DNA from: Raillietiella orientalis
Taxonomy: Eukaryota
Direction: 5' to 3'
DNA: 64,000 nt
Assembly (NCBI GenBank): GCA_036172245.1
Contig: JAYWIR010000018.1
Location: 3,162,001-3,226,000 of the forward strand
Below the pieces are notes generated by a model. The model saw only the letters and a program-made list of their open reading frames with translations. It made no database searches and was not told the DNA's origin. Shown piece by piece: positions 1 through 13,120 of this stretch (position 1 is the stretch's first letter; each line of letters begins with the position of its first letter). Position numbers and translations under genes: made by a program.

Positions 1-1599
1 GCCACTGTTTTCGCGTATCCAGAGTGAGCGTCCAGGGGAAAGGAAACGTTCTGGGAAGCAATTTTTCCTGAAGGTCCTCAGCTCCCACTCTTCCATTCTC
101 TCAGTGATGAGGGCGATGCTGCGAAAGCATCAAGCGCACAAGAAATGCAGCGATCAACAAGAGCTGCGACTCATATGGTGCACGCCGCGAGGAACACAGC
201 GTAATATTCAGGTGGCTCGGAAAGTGAGAAACCACTCACTTTCGAAGAACGGATCCGAATGGGAAGCTGTTCGGGCTTTTCCAGAGGGTACGCGTTGCCG
301 TTTTCCAGACCTGCAGCGCTTCCGTCCGGAATGTACTGTCGTCCCTGTGCAAGGATGATGCTGTGGCTGAGTCCACAGAGCTTGGCTTGCTCCTGGTATG
401 CTGCACTCAGACCACCGACTTCACCGCTCAGATTTCACCCTTAGCCACTCTTCTATGAAGTGCTTTTTGCTTTGTAAGAAGCGATCTGTGCGCTACTTGC
501 AAAGCTACTCAAACCCCATCTCATCAGCCATGGCCGCTTTTCGCACGATCTTCCGGCAAGTTCGAAGTCTTGCTTTTGCACGGGACAGCCCTTTCAAGTA
601 ATAGTTCGTCACTAGTACGAGTACTTCCTTGATGAATCTTTCCGAGCCCCTCTGATCTGCGTTTTGTACGCTGGAAAACCCTCTTCCTCGAAGTCGAACG
701 AGCTGGAGATTGATTCCTGCAGAGGAAAAAATCTTCCCTGTGTTCCAAATCGCGTCGCCGCACGCATTTCGCCCGGAGAAATCACGCATCGGGGAGGGGG
801 AGCAGCGGAGGGTACCTACGAACGGTCCCTGACGACTCTACCTTGTTTCCATCATGTGTCACCTAAATTATTGGACTATGAGCTGGTGCTCTTGCCTTTC
901 AGGGAAGCCTCACGAACTGAATCATGGATGATGATTCTCTGACTGTTCATATGATTCAGCACAGTGAGCACTAAATAGTTCACGGGGACTCCGCTAGCAC
1001 GATTATGGGACCATGTCATTGAAAAGGAACGCAGGCGTTGTTGAGAATCTCGACGACCTATCTGCAATACCAAAGTTCTCTCCACGTGCCTATCATAAAG
1101 ACATAATAAAAAAAATCAGTGCTGAACTGAAGATAAAGTAGAGAGAAAACTCACTCACTAAGCAACCTTTTACTCTTACGGAAGCTTCCCAGAAAGCCTG
1201 AAGGACTTAGTCGGAAGAAAACCGCTCAAAAAAGAACCAAAATTCCAATGAAAACAGAAAGACCAGAATAGACACGTATAGAAAAGACAAGTATTGAAAA
1301 GAATATCGGGAAACCCTGAAGACTGATTGAAACAGAACACAAGCAATTGGAAGAGCACACAAGTCTTATACATTCTTGAGTGTTCTTTTCAGACCTCTGA
1401 AAGAAAGAGGAGTTGTCGCCCAGCAGACAGCTCTTTTTGCTCTCAGAGTATGACAGAAGTGACTGGAAAGTTAGATGCACAGCCGCCGTGACTCCTTAAA
1501 CTGAAGATGAGATGGTGGAAAGTAGCATTTTGTACGAGTTGCAGATTGTAGCTAGGTTGAGGCTGCATCTCCACAGCAAATTCTGCAAACATGAGAGAT

Positions 1600-2110
1600 G
1601 GATTCAATCACTTGGGTTTTGTGCAAAATTTTCGCCGGCCTTTCGTATTCGTGGTTTCTGCCTTGGAAGTGAGTGCTTTGCTCAGTCCGAAAAAAAGTAG
1701 TGCAGCTTCATTCGATCCACACAGCATAACAAAACGAGTCTGTCCAAAAACGGAATTGCCCTTGGGGTGCCTACACTCCATTCGCCTCTCTACCTAAGTG
1801 AGGCAGGCTAGTTAATTCAACAGTTTCTCTAAGGCGCATCTTCGCATTTACTTGTCTGGAGAGAATGTCTGCTACAAACTCACTTCCTTCCCAAACGTTC
1901 CGATTGTCCGAATTAGGAGGGGTAGTCCCGCACCCGCTTACGACTAGTTTGAGGGAACCGATGGCCTTCAGGCTCACAAGAGATAACCGAATTTCATTCA
2001 CCACACACGGAGAACTGTCCCTTCAAATTTCATTCGTTGAGTCCTCCACGACCGGCTCTGCGCTGTCGGTGAAAACCTTCCACAAAGAGGACGATGGTTT
2101 TTGATCAAAC
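1600..2110 (-). mobile_element. Decayed LINE apurinic-type endonuclease fragment (CR1/L2-like)
   Basis: Minus-strand reads VEGFHRQRRAGRGG (like GY..FRkDR.GRGGGV) and KLVVSGCGTTPPNSD (like VGvcYRPPnsd, in ORF 1771..2004), in the expected order. Frameshifted; boundaries approximate. Confidence 0.5.
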
Positions 2111-2869
2111 TGAAGCTGCGTCCAACGTCAGATACATGTTCCAGTTATTTAGAGCACCCATAAAAGAAGCAACCATCTACCTTGCCTTCCAAGTGCACCG
2201 TGGATGCATCCATAGTCGTTATATAATGCTTGCCTGCCTGTTCGCTCTTTTCTCCACTATCCGGACGCATTTGGCCGTGTTCACCCTGGTTGCGTGGGGT
2301 TCACCACTACTTGTGTTCGCATCCTCGAGTGCACCTTGCGTTTTACACTTTATCACGCTGCAGCATCAAATAAAGGAAAGCAACCGATGGTCTCAAGAAA
2401 TTCAATGGAGCGCCACATTTGTAATTGCAGTTTTTCTTTTCTTTGAGATTTAGAACTTCACAGCTCGCACCTGATTACTTTAGGAATTCGTGCTGCAACT
2501 GCAAGAATCGGAAGATGGTGGGCTGAATGCGAGCAGATGAGGAGGAGGAATGACGAAATAACACAACGCTTAACTACTTCCCTCTACGTCTTCCTTACAA
2601 CGGTATCGATGGCGACACCCATTTTTCACCTTCAAACTCACCGACTAACTTATGCGTTAAAATGGAGGTCATGGTGTGAGGTGCTTTCTGGAACTCTCAC
2701 TGCCTGCACTCCCAACCTTCGAGTGGGGTTTTTACGGTGCAGCACTTGACAAACTACGGGCACGCGTTGATGGAAGCCAGCGGGTGAGAGGAAAAGGCAG
2801 CAGAAGAGGCCAGCGGCTAGATAGAAGGACTTCTCCTTTATGTGTAACTTGAGCTGGGAAATGTGTGGC

Positions 2870-4700
2870 TTTTTCCTGAATAGAAAGTGGTTTGTCGTGT
2901 TTCGGGGATGGTTAGGGATATAGGGCTAGATCGAAGGGTTGACGACAGGAAAGTCAAGGGAGCTCGACTTGATGGGTTGGCTAAGAGAAACAGGGTGGCG
3001 TTGATGCTGACTGGGCGCGTAGGTTTTCATGTCCAGCTGGATTTTGGTGTTTCTGAGCAGTTTATACTGGAACAGCTGGTATTGGAGTGATGGGCTGCTT
3101 CGTAGGGTAGTTGAAATGCATAAAATGCGAGGGGAGGGAGAGGGGGGGGGGGAGAAAGAGACTATCGGCAGCGGGGCACGTAAGCGGCGCAGCTGGGCAT
3201 GTTCATTCCTCGAGGTGAGTATGAGCCATGACCCTGAGCATAGGAAGTTCTTAGTCGCCTCAACCGATTGGCTCCTCCCGAATCCATCAGCCGTCCCTCC
3301 ACCTGCAGCGTTCCCTTTCCGAAGCATCCCACATCTGTCTTCGAGCAGTTACCCCCATGACTTCCTGCTGTGCATCCCTCATTTGCTCCTCCTCCTTTGT
3401 AGCATCCCACTGCATCCCTCATCTCCTTCCCTGATGCAATCAGTTGGTGGATTTCCTCATTCCGTGCCGCTTCATCCATCCGCTTAGGATGATTGAAATC
3501 CTTTGGGTTCTTTTTCTTCTGTCTTCGCTGGTTTTTCCTTCCAGCCTTTTTATTTATTTATTTTATTTTTTATGTCAATCTGCATCCTTCCATCATCCTT
3601 TTTCTCTCCTGTCCGCTCTTCTTTCTCTCCCTGCAGCATCCAGTCGGTGGCTGCCCTGCTCACACTCGCACTCGGAGACGGGGAGTACAGTGGCCTGCCC
3701 TGAGACTGTTGTCAGTGTCTCCGTGGGCCGCTGCGGATCCAGAGCGGCCTTGCGAGCTCCCACACCTTCTCGTGCAGGACCGACATCACTGGGGACACCT
3801 GTCCTTCTCCTGCTTCCTCGCTTGCCCTCCTAGGAGGAACTGCTCCTTTCAAGTCGACTCTCCCCAGCATGCCAGGAGAAGTTCTCCGCGGAAGTTGCAC
3901 TACAAGGGGGCACGCCCAGACGGCTTTCACCCTCTGTAAGCGCGTATGGGGGGCTGACTTACTGCCGGGCGTGACGGAACACCTCTCTTGGGAAGGGGTT
4001 CAGCTCTGAGGGCTCACCGGCATCTCCCTAAGAGGAAAAAGCAGCGCAGTCCCACTCAGAAAGAACACCCTCTGCCCCCATCGTGTCTCTGCAGCTCCCC
4101 TTGGGGACACGCAGACGGGAACGACCTTTCTCATGGACCACGGCATTCCTCGTCCTTCCCCTCCCTGAGCACCCCAGCCTACCCTTCCTAACGCGTCGCA
4201 GAATCCTTCTATGAGCTCCAGGTCGGGAGGTAGCAGCAGCTCGTCCAGGGGACCTCCGGTGCATAGCTCAGTGGAATGTAAAGAAGATTTATAGTAATAG
4301 CTTTGTTCGATTGAAAATCTTATATGATTTCAATTTGGATTGGAGTAAGTTGGATTGGTTTCCATCTTTAAATGATAGTAAATTTCCTTAGTACGAAAGG
4401 ATTAAAAAATTTTGATTAAAGAAAGATTTTAAAATGTGCTAATAACGATTCAGGGAAGGTTTGAAATGCTAATGGTATTGTTAAGTGTAGCATTCTTAAC
4501 GAGGTGTGTATGATTATTGTAGTAATAAGTGTAGTTATGTATATGAGAAGGTATAAATTGAGTTTAGAGATAAAGAAATGGTCGATATTTTGTGGGTTAG
4601 GAAGGTTGATTGTGTGGATTATTGTATGTTTAGCGGAGGTTAATCGTTTCCCGTATAATTTTTTTGGAAGGTGAGTCTGAATTGGTTTCAGGGTAGCGGG
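2870..4700 (-). mobile_element. Decayed I-group/Nimb-like LINE: ORF1 remnant followed by endonuclease remnant
   Basis: ORF 4416..5015 contains LKPIQTHLPKKLYGKRLTSAK...IIIHTSLR (like the I/Nimb ORF1 motif V.PH.sLN.skGVI). ORF 2926..3327 contains RKGNAAGGGTA and SSLDFPVVNPSI (endonuclease motifs RkDR..GGGva and S.lDL.i.sp.l). Sense strand is A/C-rich, as is typical of this group. Confidence 0.5.
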
Positions 4701-4949
4701 ATGCGAGGAAGAACAGCTCTCTAGGGCGCTTTTTGTGCTTCTGCTCAGCTCTGGCAAAAGCTGCTTCCTTCTCTTCTTCCTGCCTCTTGGGCTCTTGCAA
4801 GACTTGATCTCCTGCAAATCGGACGTTCTACTCTTCCTTGCATCCAAAAGAAGGAATTCCATCATGGACGCTGCGACTCTGCGTTCGCTCCTCCCGCGAG
4901 CAGGGAACGCGCTCCCGCGTCCGCACCAGTCCTGCGGGAGATAGGAGAA

Positions 4950-5920
4950 CCTTCGTTCTAGGATTTCCGCCTTCGGCCGCCTTTGATCTGCAACCGTTTC
5001 GTCCCTTCTGTCCAAAACGCAGGATGCGTGCGGGCACCCTTAGCAACAGCTGCCGGAAGGCGCGACAGATAGAACTCTACAGAAGAGTGAGTCAAAAACC
5101 GAGGATCCAGGACGGCACAGGACAGAAGGCGAATCCGGAAGGTCGCGAGTGCCCAAGACCGAAGAGCAATCTCGAAGAAGCAGGGACGAGAGGAGCAAGG
5201 CAAGAAGAGGAATGTCAAGGGAAGAGGAGGAGGAAAATTCTCCGCGTTGAAACAAGAAAGACTCTTCGAAGTTCCCAAACCAAACTCCTGATTTTTCCCG
5301 CCTTCCAGCACGGGCAGTGCCGGTTCCGTGCAGGGGGGAACGCTTGTTCCTTTGGAAGAGGCAGCACAATCGCTCCAGGGCACTTCCGCGCCACCACGGC
5401 ATTCCCGTTGTATGTCAAGCGGCTTACCGGCGGCATCTGGCGAACGACCCTATCGATCCACCCTTCTCCTCCGAGGAATATTTCTGCCCAGGCATCGAGA
5501 AGTTTCTCTAGACTTTCACATGGCGGAGGACCAGGAAAGTGCAAGATCAGTTCCTCTCTCTTCTGGCGTGGTATGCCCACGGAGACATCCATCTCAGAAA
5601 TGCATCTCGTTGCCTTCTTTCAATTCAGTTGCTGGAAGTCTTTGGCTACTGGGGATCAAGCACTACTGGTTATGTTTCTAGGACCCGGGTTTCTTCTCTC
5701 CAAGTCACGAGGATTCCACTTGGCAAAGAAAGGGAGCCCATGTTGCCGACCGGAAACGCACACTTCAAAATGGGAAGTTCGCGGCTGCCCACCCTCGAAA
5801 AGCTGGCAACGATGAGGATGCGGCGTTTCCCTGAGCGCGAGTTCCCTCCGAAATACCAAGCAGATTTGAAAATGATATTTCGTCAGAGTAGCGGGCACTC
5901 GCGATCGATCTACTATTAGT
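4950..5920 (+). mobile_element. Decayed P-element/THAP9-like transposase
   Basis: Across frames: AYRRHLANDPIDPPF (like LPs.rtlrr.l..i...PG), CKISSSLFWRGMPTETSI (like C.L.fDEM.I) and EMHLVAFFQFSCWKS / FGYW (like alVFm.....WK.p.gYf), in the expected order. Confidence 0.45.
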
Positions 5921-6659
5921 AAAGAATCCTTGCATTTCACAGGGAACTGCTGGAAATTTACTACTGCCACTACCGCCTGAAGTAGTGCATATCTGGTAAC
6001 ACTGTCCCGCGATCGATACGTTCGAGAAACGGAAGCAGAACTTCCTCCTGCCTTCTTCACAGAGCTGTTACGAATTTTCGCTCGACATCATTAACATCGC
6101 GGTCACCCAAACTACACCGTGTATTAATGCGGCCAACGGTCCGACGCGATAGAGAGGGTTTAGTTCAATAGTTCGAGTTGCGCGTTAGGAGCGCCTGGCA
6201 ACACTGTCCACCATTCTTTCGTTCCATCCAGAGGAGCAGCTCTTCATTCGCTACTTGGATGAGAACTCCCTTTTGTGGCTGGGTACCCAGATGATACATC
6301 AAACATGCGTCTTAGTCATGCCATTGCTTGCACGCGCTGTAATGCGTCTCTCGAGATCTCACACATGCGAGACGTTTTCTCGTTCTTGTTGGGTTTTCTT
6401 GCTCCAGGGATTCCACCACGATTCTAGGGCACGAAACGCATGCAAGCCGCGCGTCTGAGTCAGTTGCCGGAAAGCAGGCAGGATCAAACTCTGTAGGTGA
6501 CAGCTATGCACTGGAGATCCAGGACTTCACGAGGCAGAAGGGGGGTCAAGGAGGCCCTAGGACGAATCCAGAACATTAAACTTGGGAAGGAGGAAGGAAG
6601 GGAAAAGAAGAGGACTAGAGAACAGGCGACCAGGATGGGGAATAGAGGAAGAGAAGGAA

Positions 6660-7540
6660 GTTTCACATCGGTGACGCGGGACTTTCTATAGAAGATTCAC
6701 TCGATATCCACGGGTCAAAACTTTCACAGAAGAAGGAGAGGGAATCGGCCGTCCTTTTTCTTCTAGAGGAGCACACATACTTCATTTGAGAGTCGACGGT
6801 AGGCACTCTATGATCGGCCCGTAGGCTCAAGAGGGTGGGTAGAGCAGGTGGTGTGTTTCCAGCAGCTCTCTGAGAAATGCAGTTCCCGTTTAAGGTGTCT
6901 CCATATCTTCTCCTTCGCCGTGGCCTCCTACAACGCCGTGGCCCATCTTTCGAAGGGGAACAAGGAGTCGAAGACGGTGATCGATCCTTCTTTTGAAGTG
7001 CCAAGCTTGGCCGATGTTTCCAGACGACCTCCTACTAGACTGGCCGGACTGCAGACCAGCGGTTGCCGCCGTTTCCACGTGACCTCTACAAATCGTCTCA
7101 CCAGACCCCATGCCCTCTAGCCACGGGAGACTGGAGTTTTGCAAGCAATTATTAATTGCGTGTTGCAGTTTTTCGTGCCATAAAAGAACACCTCGGTTTT
7201 ACCACAAGTCCAGTAGGTGTTGTGTAATAGGAGGTGCTCTTATAACTTGGTATAAGCTGAGCCACAGAAAAATCTGGCTCTCTCAAGTCTGACTTCACGG
7301 CGTGAAGCCGGCACGCGCGATTAGCATGGAGGCCAGCAATACGATCTCAAAATGGAGGGCGGGCCACTTGGAGTCGGCCTCTTCCCTCGAATTGTGATTT
7401 TGGGGCGAGGTGTAGAGGGCAACAGAGCACCAGAAGTCTTCATCTGGTGCCCAGAGCCTTTCCTCTGCGATGTTGAAAAGAGGACCTCGCTGTTTCCGCA
7501 GAGTGTTCGAAAATCACCCCCTGAACATGTACTGAGCATC
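6660..7540 (-). mobile_element. Possible decayed L1/Tx1-type endonuclease fragments
   Basis: Minus-strand CSGGDFRTL (like GGDFN), ALQKKDRS and LRADHRVPTV (like lSDH.pv). Weak and patchy. Confidence 0.3.
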
Positions 7541-8244
7541 GTGGCGTCAGCGCGCGCGATCAGCTCACCAATGCGATCTAAAGATGAGCGACTTCAAACC
7601 GAGTCTCTCGAGTGTCGCTTTGCGGCAGAGAGGCGCGAGATTCAGGACGCGATGGCCTTGTTCTGTGAACTCTTACTCTGCAATAGAGTTAACATGTTCG
7701 AATATGGAAAGTTCCGTTCTGTGGGGCCAATTCTTTGCCTCAAGACCAGAGCGAGGAAAACCATTGAAGAATCTCATGGATACAAGGAACGGAGACACCA
7801 AATTCCTTTCGCAGCGGCCTCTGCCCATCCGGCCGTGGCATCTCGAGCCGGTAGCAAGCTTGAGGTTAACATGTCGGAATGAGAAAGAACAAAGAAAGAC
7901 ATCACAAGGATACACGTAAACACGTTTAGGTCTTGGGCTAATTTTACGACGGGGAAAGCAATGGACCTCAAACATTGCCCACCGGGAACAACAGGTGAAA
8001 GAGAGAGACGCATCAGCGGAACTCGGAAGGTAGGAAGGCGGTTTTTCGTATTTAAAAAGGAATACTGGAACAGTCTGAGCCTCTGGAAACGGAAGAAGGA
8101 ATTATCTTCTTCTCAACAAGAAGGAAAGGAGGATTCGTAGAAAGTTTCCAAGGGTTTTCAAGCAAGGGAAGTTGAGAAGAAGTACATCGACTGAGATTCC
8201 CAGAGTGTTTTTCTTTCTTAATCAATGCACTGCAAAAGTTTAAT

Positions 8245-8560
8245 TAATGACGAATAGGTAAGTAGTAATTACTGGAGTTTGATGCAACACAATAATGCAT
8301 TTGAGCGCCTTTCGGTATCCAGAAAAAGAACCTCCGGAAAAATTACGAAAGCTCGGATCTCTGTGCCCAAAAGGATTTCTAAACTGTCAGTGGTTTTCCT
8401 CCTCCTGGTGCGAGCATCATCTAGAATTCACTCATTTCATTCATGCCTCGTCGATTGCCTTGATTTACACCTCTCACGATGCTCCTGAAGAACAGCCGCT
8501 GCAGGGCAAACCTACAGCTTCGAAAAGTTTCGTCTACGTAGCCCAGGGAGGCCACACCCA
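8245..8560 (+). mobile_element. Decayed THAP zinc-finger domain (transposase N-terminus)
   Basis: ORF 8295.. reads LSAFRYPEKEPPEKLRKLGSLCPKG...WCEHHL, matching the THAP pattern sfFrFP.d...r..W....pr.....CE.HF. Confidence 0.45.
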
Positions 8561-9079
8561 GGATTCCCGCGATCTGGTTCAGGGTGTTCCAACTCCCGAC
8601 GTGTTACTGATTCTCTGCTCGTCCAGGTGGATAACACAGTCCATCCAGCTGGCCATCCTCCGGTTATATCGCTCCGTTCCCCTCAGAGCATCGAAGAGCG
8701 CGCAGAACTCCTGAACTCCGTGCAGACTCCAAGTCACCTTCCTACTTTCCTGGAAAAGCGGGCATAGTCCCACTCTTGCATGGAAGCAGGGACCGAGTGG
8801 AAGGGCAGGCACTGAAAGGCAGCTGTTCCTGCTACGGGGTGGTCGCGTTTCGCGACTTCGAAACCTTCGCAAGCCGCTGCGGTCGGCACCGTCGGTCAGA
8901 CGCATCCCCACTCCTTTCAGCGATCACGAGCAAACTGATTCAATTCGAATCAAATATATGAGCACCTTTCTCCTGCTTCTCAAATCATAGCGACCACGAG
9001 AGCTCATAAAGACCAAAGATTACGGTTCTGAGGTCTTCCTGAGGCTTCAGGCTGGCTTCCGCTGTTGATTTCCCGCCAA

Positions 9080-10260
9080 TTAGCATGCGTCATCGAGAGC
9101 TTTCCGCTCCCGCGCGGAAGTGGACTGCTCCTGAGTTCGATCCCTCTAACAAGGTTCATCCCATTCGGAGAAGCTTAGGAGCCGCATCCCATACCACAGC
9201 ATCAAAAACCGGATCGCGACCGTTCCCCACTTGCTGCAGTCTCCGCAAGGCCAGGCGAGGGATCAGCCGTCTCCACTTCTACGCAAACGGAGCCGGTCCT
9301 CAGGCCTCGAGCAACTAGGCGACGATGCGGCCGACAGTTCCGAATGTGGACGAATGCCGACATTTTCCCATTTCTTCCCATATAGCATGAAATGTTATGG
9401 CACGATATGGGTTCCCAGGAACGGTATCCCTATCGATAACCTGGCTCCTGAAAGAGACACAAGCCCCCCTTGCAATCGTATCCCAGAAATCAATCAGAGG
9501 AGTGATATTCGTAAGTCGCCCAGAACAGAGGCAGGAACCCTCCAGCCCTACAAAAGGGCTGTCCGCCGCTGCTTTAAAGGGCATCCCGAGCCGAGAAACG
9601 CTGCAGGAGAAACGGAGCGCAAGCTGGAAACGCGAGGAGGGATTCTCGGGAGGCTCGCGGGAAGAAACCGAAAGGGAGAGGCTTTCGCGCAAGAGACTGA
9701 GAAACCTTTCCTTCGGGCGGATTCGATGTCGACTCAGCCTCCCTCCGCGCAAGACGCCATTTCCTCAGCTTGCACGGAATATCACGCTCGTGGTAGGAGC
9801 CCATTGTTGAGAACTTGAGGAGGTGGGTTCGACCCCCTCCTTGACCGGCCGTTCGGCCTCCAGGAGATCCAACTCCTCGCTTCTATGCAGGAACAGTCGT
9901 GGGTGGGTGGTCTCCCTCTCTCGTTTCTTTCCAGCGCCCCCTCCAATTTACACCGCCTCGGACCCATTTGGCACAGGGAAGAAACCGTGCAGCCGGCGGA
10001 TCTCCGTAAAGAAGGTGGTCGCCGGTGGCCAAGAGGATGAGCCCTGCCATCCCTGGTCTTCCCACGGAGCGTCCGAAGAATGGGGAGGGGGGAGGAAATT
10101 CTCCTATTCAGACTGCTGCTGCGGAATGCTCATGCAGGCGGCAACGCCTGGTCGGACCATTGAGGAGTTTCCAAGATAAGTCGGTTGCGGCTTCACGGGG
10201 CACGTAGCGAGCGTGCGGCGTGCACCCGTCGCCACAGAAAGGCAGCGTCCGTCAGTGCTT
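9080..10260 (+). mobile_element. Decayed BEL/Pao LTR-retrotransposon integrase and C-terminal (DUF5641-like) region
   Basis: Ordered motifs across frames: SHTTASKTGSRPF (like F..tGvDyaGPf), RSSGLEQLGDDAADS (like RAiHLElv.dls.dsF), ARYGFPGTVS / IDNLAP (like aRrG.P..i.sDN), PLLDRPF (like lN.RPl) and GRTIEEFPR (like GRi.e.fPG). Confidence 0.62.
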
Positions 10261-11049
10261 GTCGCTCACGCCGGCAGACGCCATGTCTCCGTCCGCCGGC
10301 GGAGCGCAGACGGCGGACTCCGCGAAGAGGGGTCCCCTAGCAACGCGAGGCATTCACGAGGGGTCGCTGCGGTTCCGACCTGCGCGATTCCCTCCCATGA
10401 CTCCAGATGGCCACGGGCGCGAATTCACTTCGGAATCAGCGCTTGATGAGCGCAGACGCGCGACCTCGGGTGACATGGAGTGACGGGTGGTGGTCCCGGA
10501 CGCGAGTGCAACGCCGGACGCCACTGACACGCGGCTGCCGGTTTTAGTCTGCTCGACGCAACCCCAGTGGGACGCATCTTACAGAGAAGCAGAGGCTGCC
10601 AAACGAAGGGGTAGAACCAAAAAACAAAAAAGGGATGCCGTTCCGGACGTTTCCCGAACTCTTTCACGGGATGGATCTGCAGCGTATCAGCACCGATGGC
10701 CTCCTACAGACATTGACAATTCCTTGAATTTTGTGGCGAGCTGCTAGCGCACTGAGGCCGAAAGGTTGGTCTGGGAAAGATTTTGAGCGCAGAAACCACT
10801 AGAAAGACAGAGACTTCGTATGCATGACGGCATGCCGTGGCAGCGCACAGATGGTTCGCGTTACAAGACGTTCTTGGTCCTGCCTAATGAAGAAAGTGGA
10901 AGTTCGTCGCAACGCCAAGGCGATTTTTGATCCCGCCCATTTCGTGCCGGCCGCAGCATCGCCTTTCCGCCTCTGCGCTCTAAGAGGCCAGGCGGAAGGA
11001 GGGCTACGTCAGCCCAGCCCGGGTTTAGGAGACGCTTTCCAGAAAGTTC

Positions 11050-11740
11050 TGCGCGTCGGCAACCGCTGCGTCGCGTCGCTCCCTCGGTCAAACCAGCGGA
11101 AAATCTCGCCTTCCAGGGAGTGCGGCAAGAGCAGTCGGGGAAATCCGGTCTTAAGCGAGTCTAATGGTGGTGCCTCGTTCTTGCTTGTCCATCTCTGTCT
11201 CTTTTTTCCATCTCCCAGGCACCGAAAATGCCGGGTGGCTCGCATATGAGCGTGCAGTCCTCCTTGGACGCGTGAAATACGATCTGTCGCGGGCTTGTCA
11301 CGCACCCGAAGGATCTGTGTTCGCAGGAGAGCACAATTCATTACGGAATGGGAGGTCTCCTCCCGGGAGACGCCAGCGAGCCCTCGGAAAGGGATTCGTG
11401 TCCCTCCATCCAGCAGCAGCGGCGGCGATCCGCGCAGCGATCCTTTGCCGGGATGCATTAATCGCGATGCCCGTTTCCCTGCCGAGAACAGGGACGTAAT
11501 CGTCTCGGAAGCCCTGGAGACGGTTCGAGCGATGCCGGGGAGTGCACAAGCGTCCCCAGGGAGTAGTGCCGTAGTCGCCCTCTCTCCGCGCGGGTGCCGA
11601 CGCCGTCTCGGGGACAAGCCCTTGCCCGGTGAAGCCAGGCAGGACTTCCCTGGCGGCCCGCTTCGTGGCGCACCCTCACGCCTTCAAGCTTTCGGGTGCA
11701 TCTGCGGTTTCAATTCCGCTTTCATCCGGTTCTGAGCCGC
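11050..11740 (+). mobile_element. Possible decayed PIF/Harbinger-superfamily (DDE_Tnp_4) nuclease
   Basis: ORF 11295..11735 contains PRKGIRV, CINRDARFPAENRDVIV (like ..v.ArwPGs.hD..i) and LGDKPLP (like LGDsgYp). Confidence 0.38.
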
Positions 11741-12049
11741 AGACGGAGCTTCGATTTTTCGGAGACGGGGAGGGAGGGGCGTGCGACGGGAAGGGGAGGA
11801 AGGGGGGATTAGCTGCTGCAGACCTGCAGGATTACCTGGGGAGCCTTGGATCCCATCCTAAAGGAAAAGAGTTCCATGCAGGAGTCCTTGGAATCCACGA
11901 ATAAAACGAGGGAGTGGTTCGGGGATGACGACGAAGCGAGATTGGGTGGACTCTGGAAGACACCGGGGACCGCCGAACCTTCCTGGTCAGACAGCAAGAT
12001 TATGTGACAGCAGACAAGAATATTCCATAAAGGCAAACCGACCCAGAAA

Positions 12050-13120
12050 CTACGCGTTCGGATAAACGTAGGACAAAGGCGCGAAACGCTTAACGGGTAA
12101 TCCTCGTGGTGGAAGCGCCCTCCCCTCCCCTAATAACCTGAATCTGCTACGTTTCGCTTCTGCAACAAAAAGCGCCTCGGAAGAGGAATACTTCTCCAAG
12201 TTACCACAATAAATTAACAGAAAATCTTGTCCTTGAACACGGAACATCAACACTCGACGCTTTGGGGCATTTTGAGGGAGAGAAGGGAACTGAAGCAATT
12301 GAGCACCTTCCGAAGGAGTTCCGCTTCCGAATTCACTCCATTTCCAATGCCCGAGCCTGGAGAGCCGATGCCCTCCGTTCGCCTTTCAAGCCTGTCCGTT
12401 GAAGTTTTGGGGAAGACCTGAACAAGACCGAAACGAACCCATCCAGTACCTCTTCTGAGAAGGCAACCCAGCAAATAGGATCAGCCAGAGAGCACTTCCG
12501 GCAGCAAGCGTTTCCAATGGTAGTGACAAAACTCAAGTCGCTAGGTATATGAGGGCGTAAAGAAATGAGGAAGGAAAAGTTCAAGGAAAGCTTTAGAGGA
12601 AGGCGAGTCTAATGGCCCCAGCTTTGAAGATTCCAGCTTTGAGTTTTGAGGAAATTTAAATGGCCCATCCAATGATGGCGTCTTGACATTTATTTTAAAG
12701 ACATTTTGATGAGCTGCCCGTTCCCAATCGAGCTGTCCATGTGTGCGAGTGTCCTAATGGTTCCGTGGACTTTGCGTTGCATGCTGAAAAGCCTCGGACA
12801 TTGGGTGATGAGGCTGCGCTTCCACATCCTTGTGGATGGCTGAAGGATTGTGTTTCACTTACGAAGGAGGCATAAAGTCTGCATTCTCCCTAAATGGGAA
12901 ATGAAACTCAGAATGAGGGATCACGCTGATGCTGTTACTGGGAAGCGAGGTAGATGAAGAACTCATCATGGCGGTTACTGTGCGAGTGATCTGCACGACA
13001 AATGCTGAAAGCATCCCGAGGAGCTGCGCAACATGATGGCGACTCTTACGCTCTCTTTGAGAAAGTCGACCCTGAAATCCGAGTCTTTCGGATGCGGACG
13101 CACTTGGAATCCGAACTGAC
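12050..13120 (-). mobile_element. Decayed BEL/Pao gag region (DUF1759-like)
   Basis: Minus-strand DAFSICRADHSHSNRHDEFFIYLAS (like F.d.F...i.....ls...Kf.YL.s) and KVHGTIRTLAHMDSSIGNGQLIKMSLK (like ..lr.L..lg......ll...l.K), followed by a Cys/His-knuckle-like remnant. Confidence 0.5.

Noticed and set aside
4258..4276. tRNA gene starting GGTGCATAGCTCAGTGG
   Set aside because: A-box-like only; no B-box or cloverleaf follows.
4838..5815. 325-aa ORF as a host gene
   Set aside because: Arg/Ser/Gly-rich with no coherent domain. Transposase-like motifs are spread over different frames, so this is an open frame in GC-shifted dead DNA.
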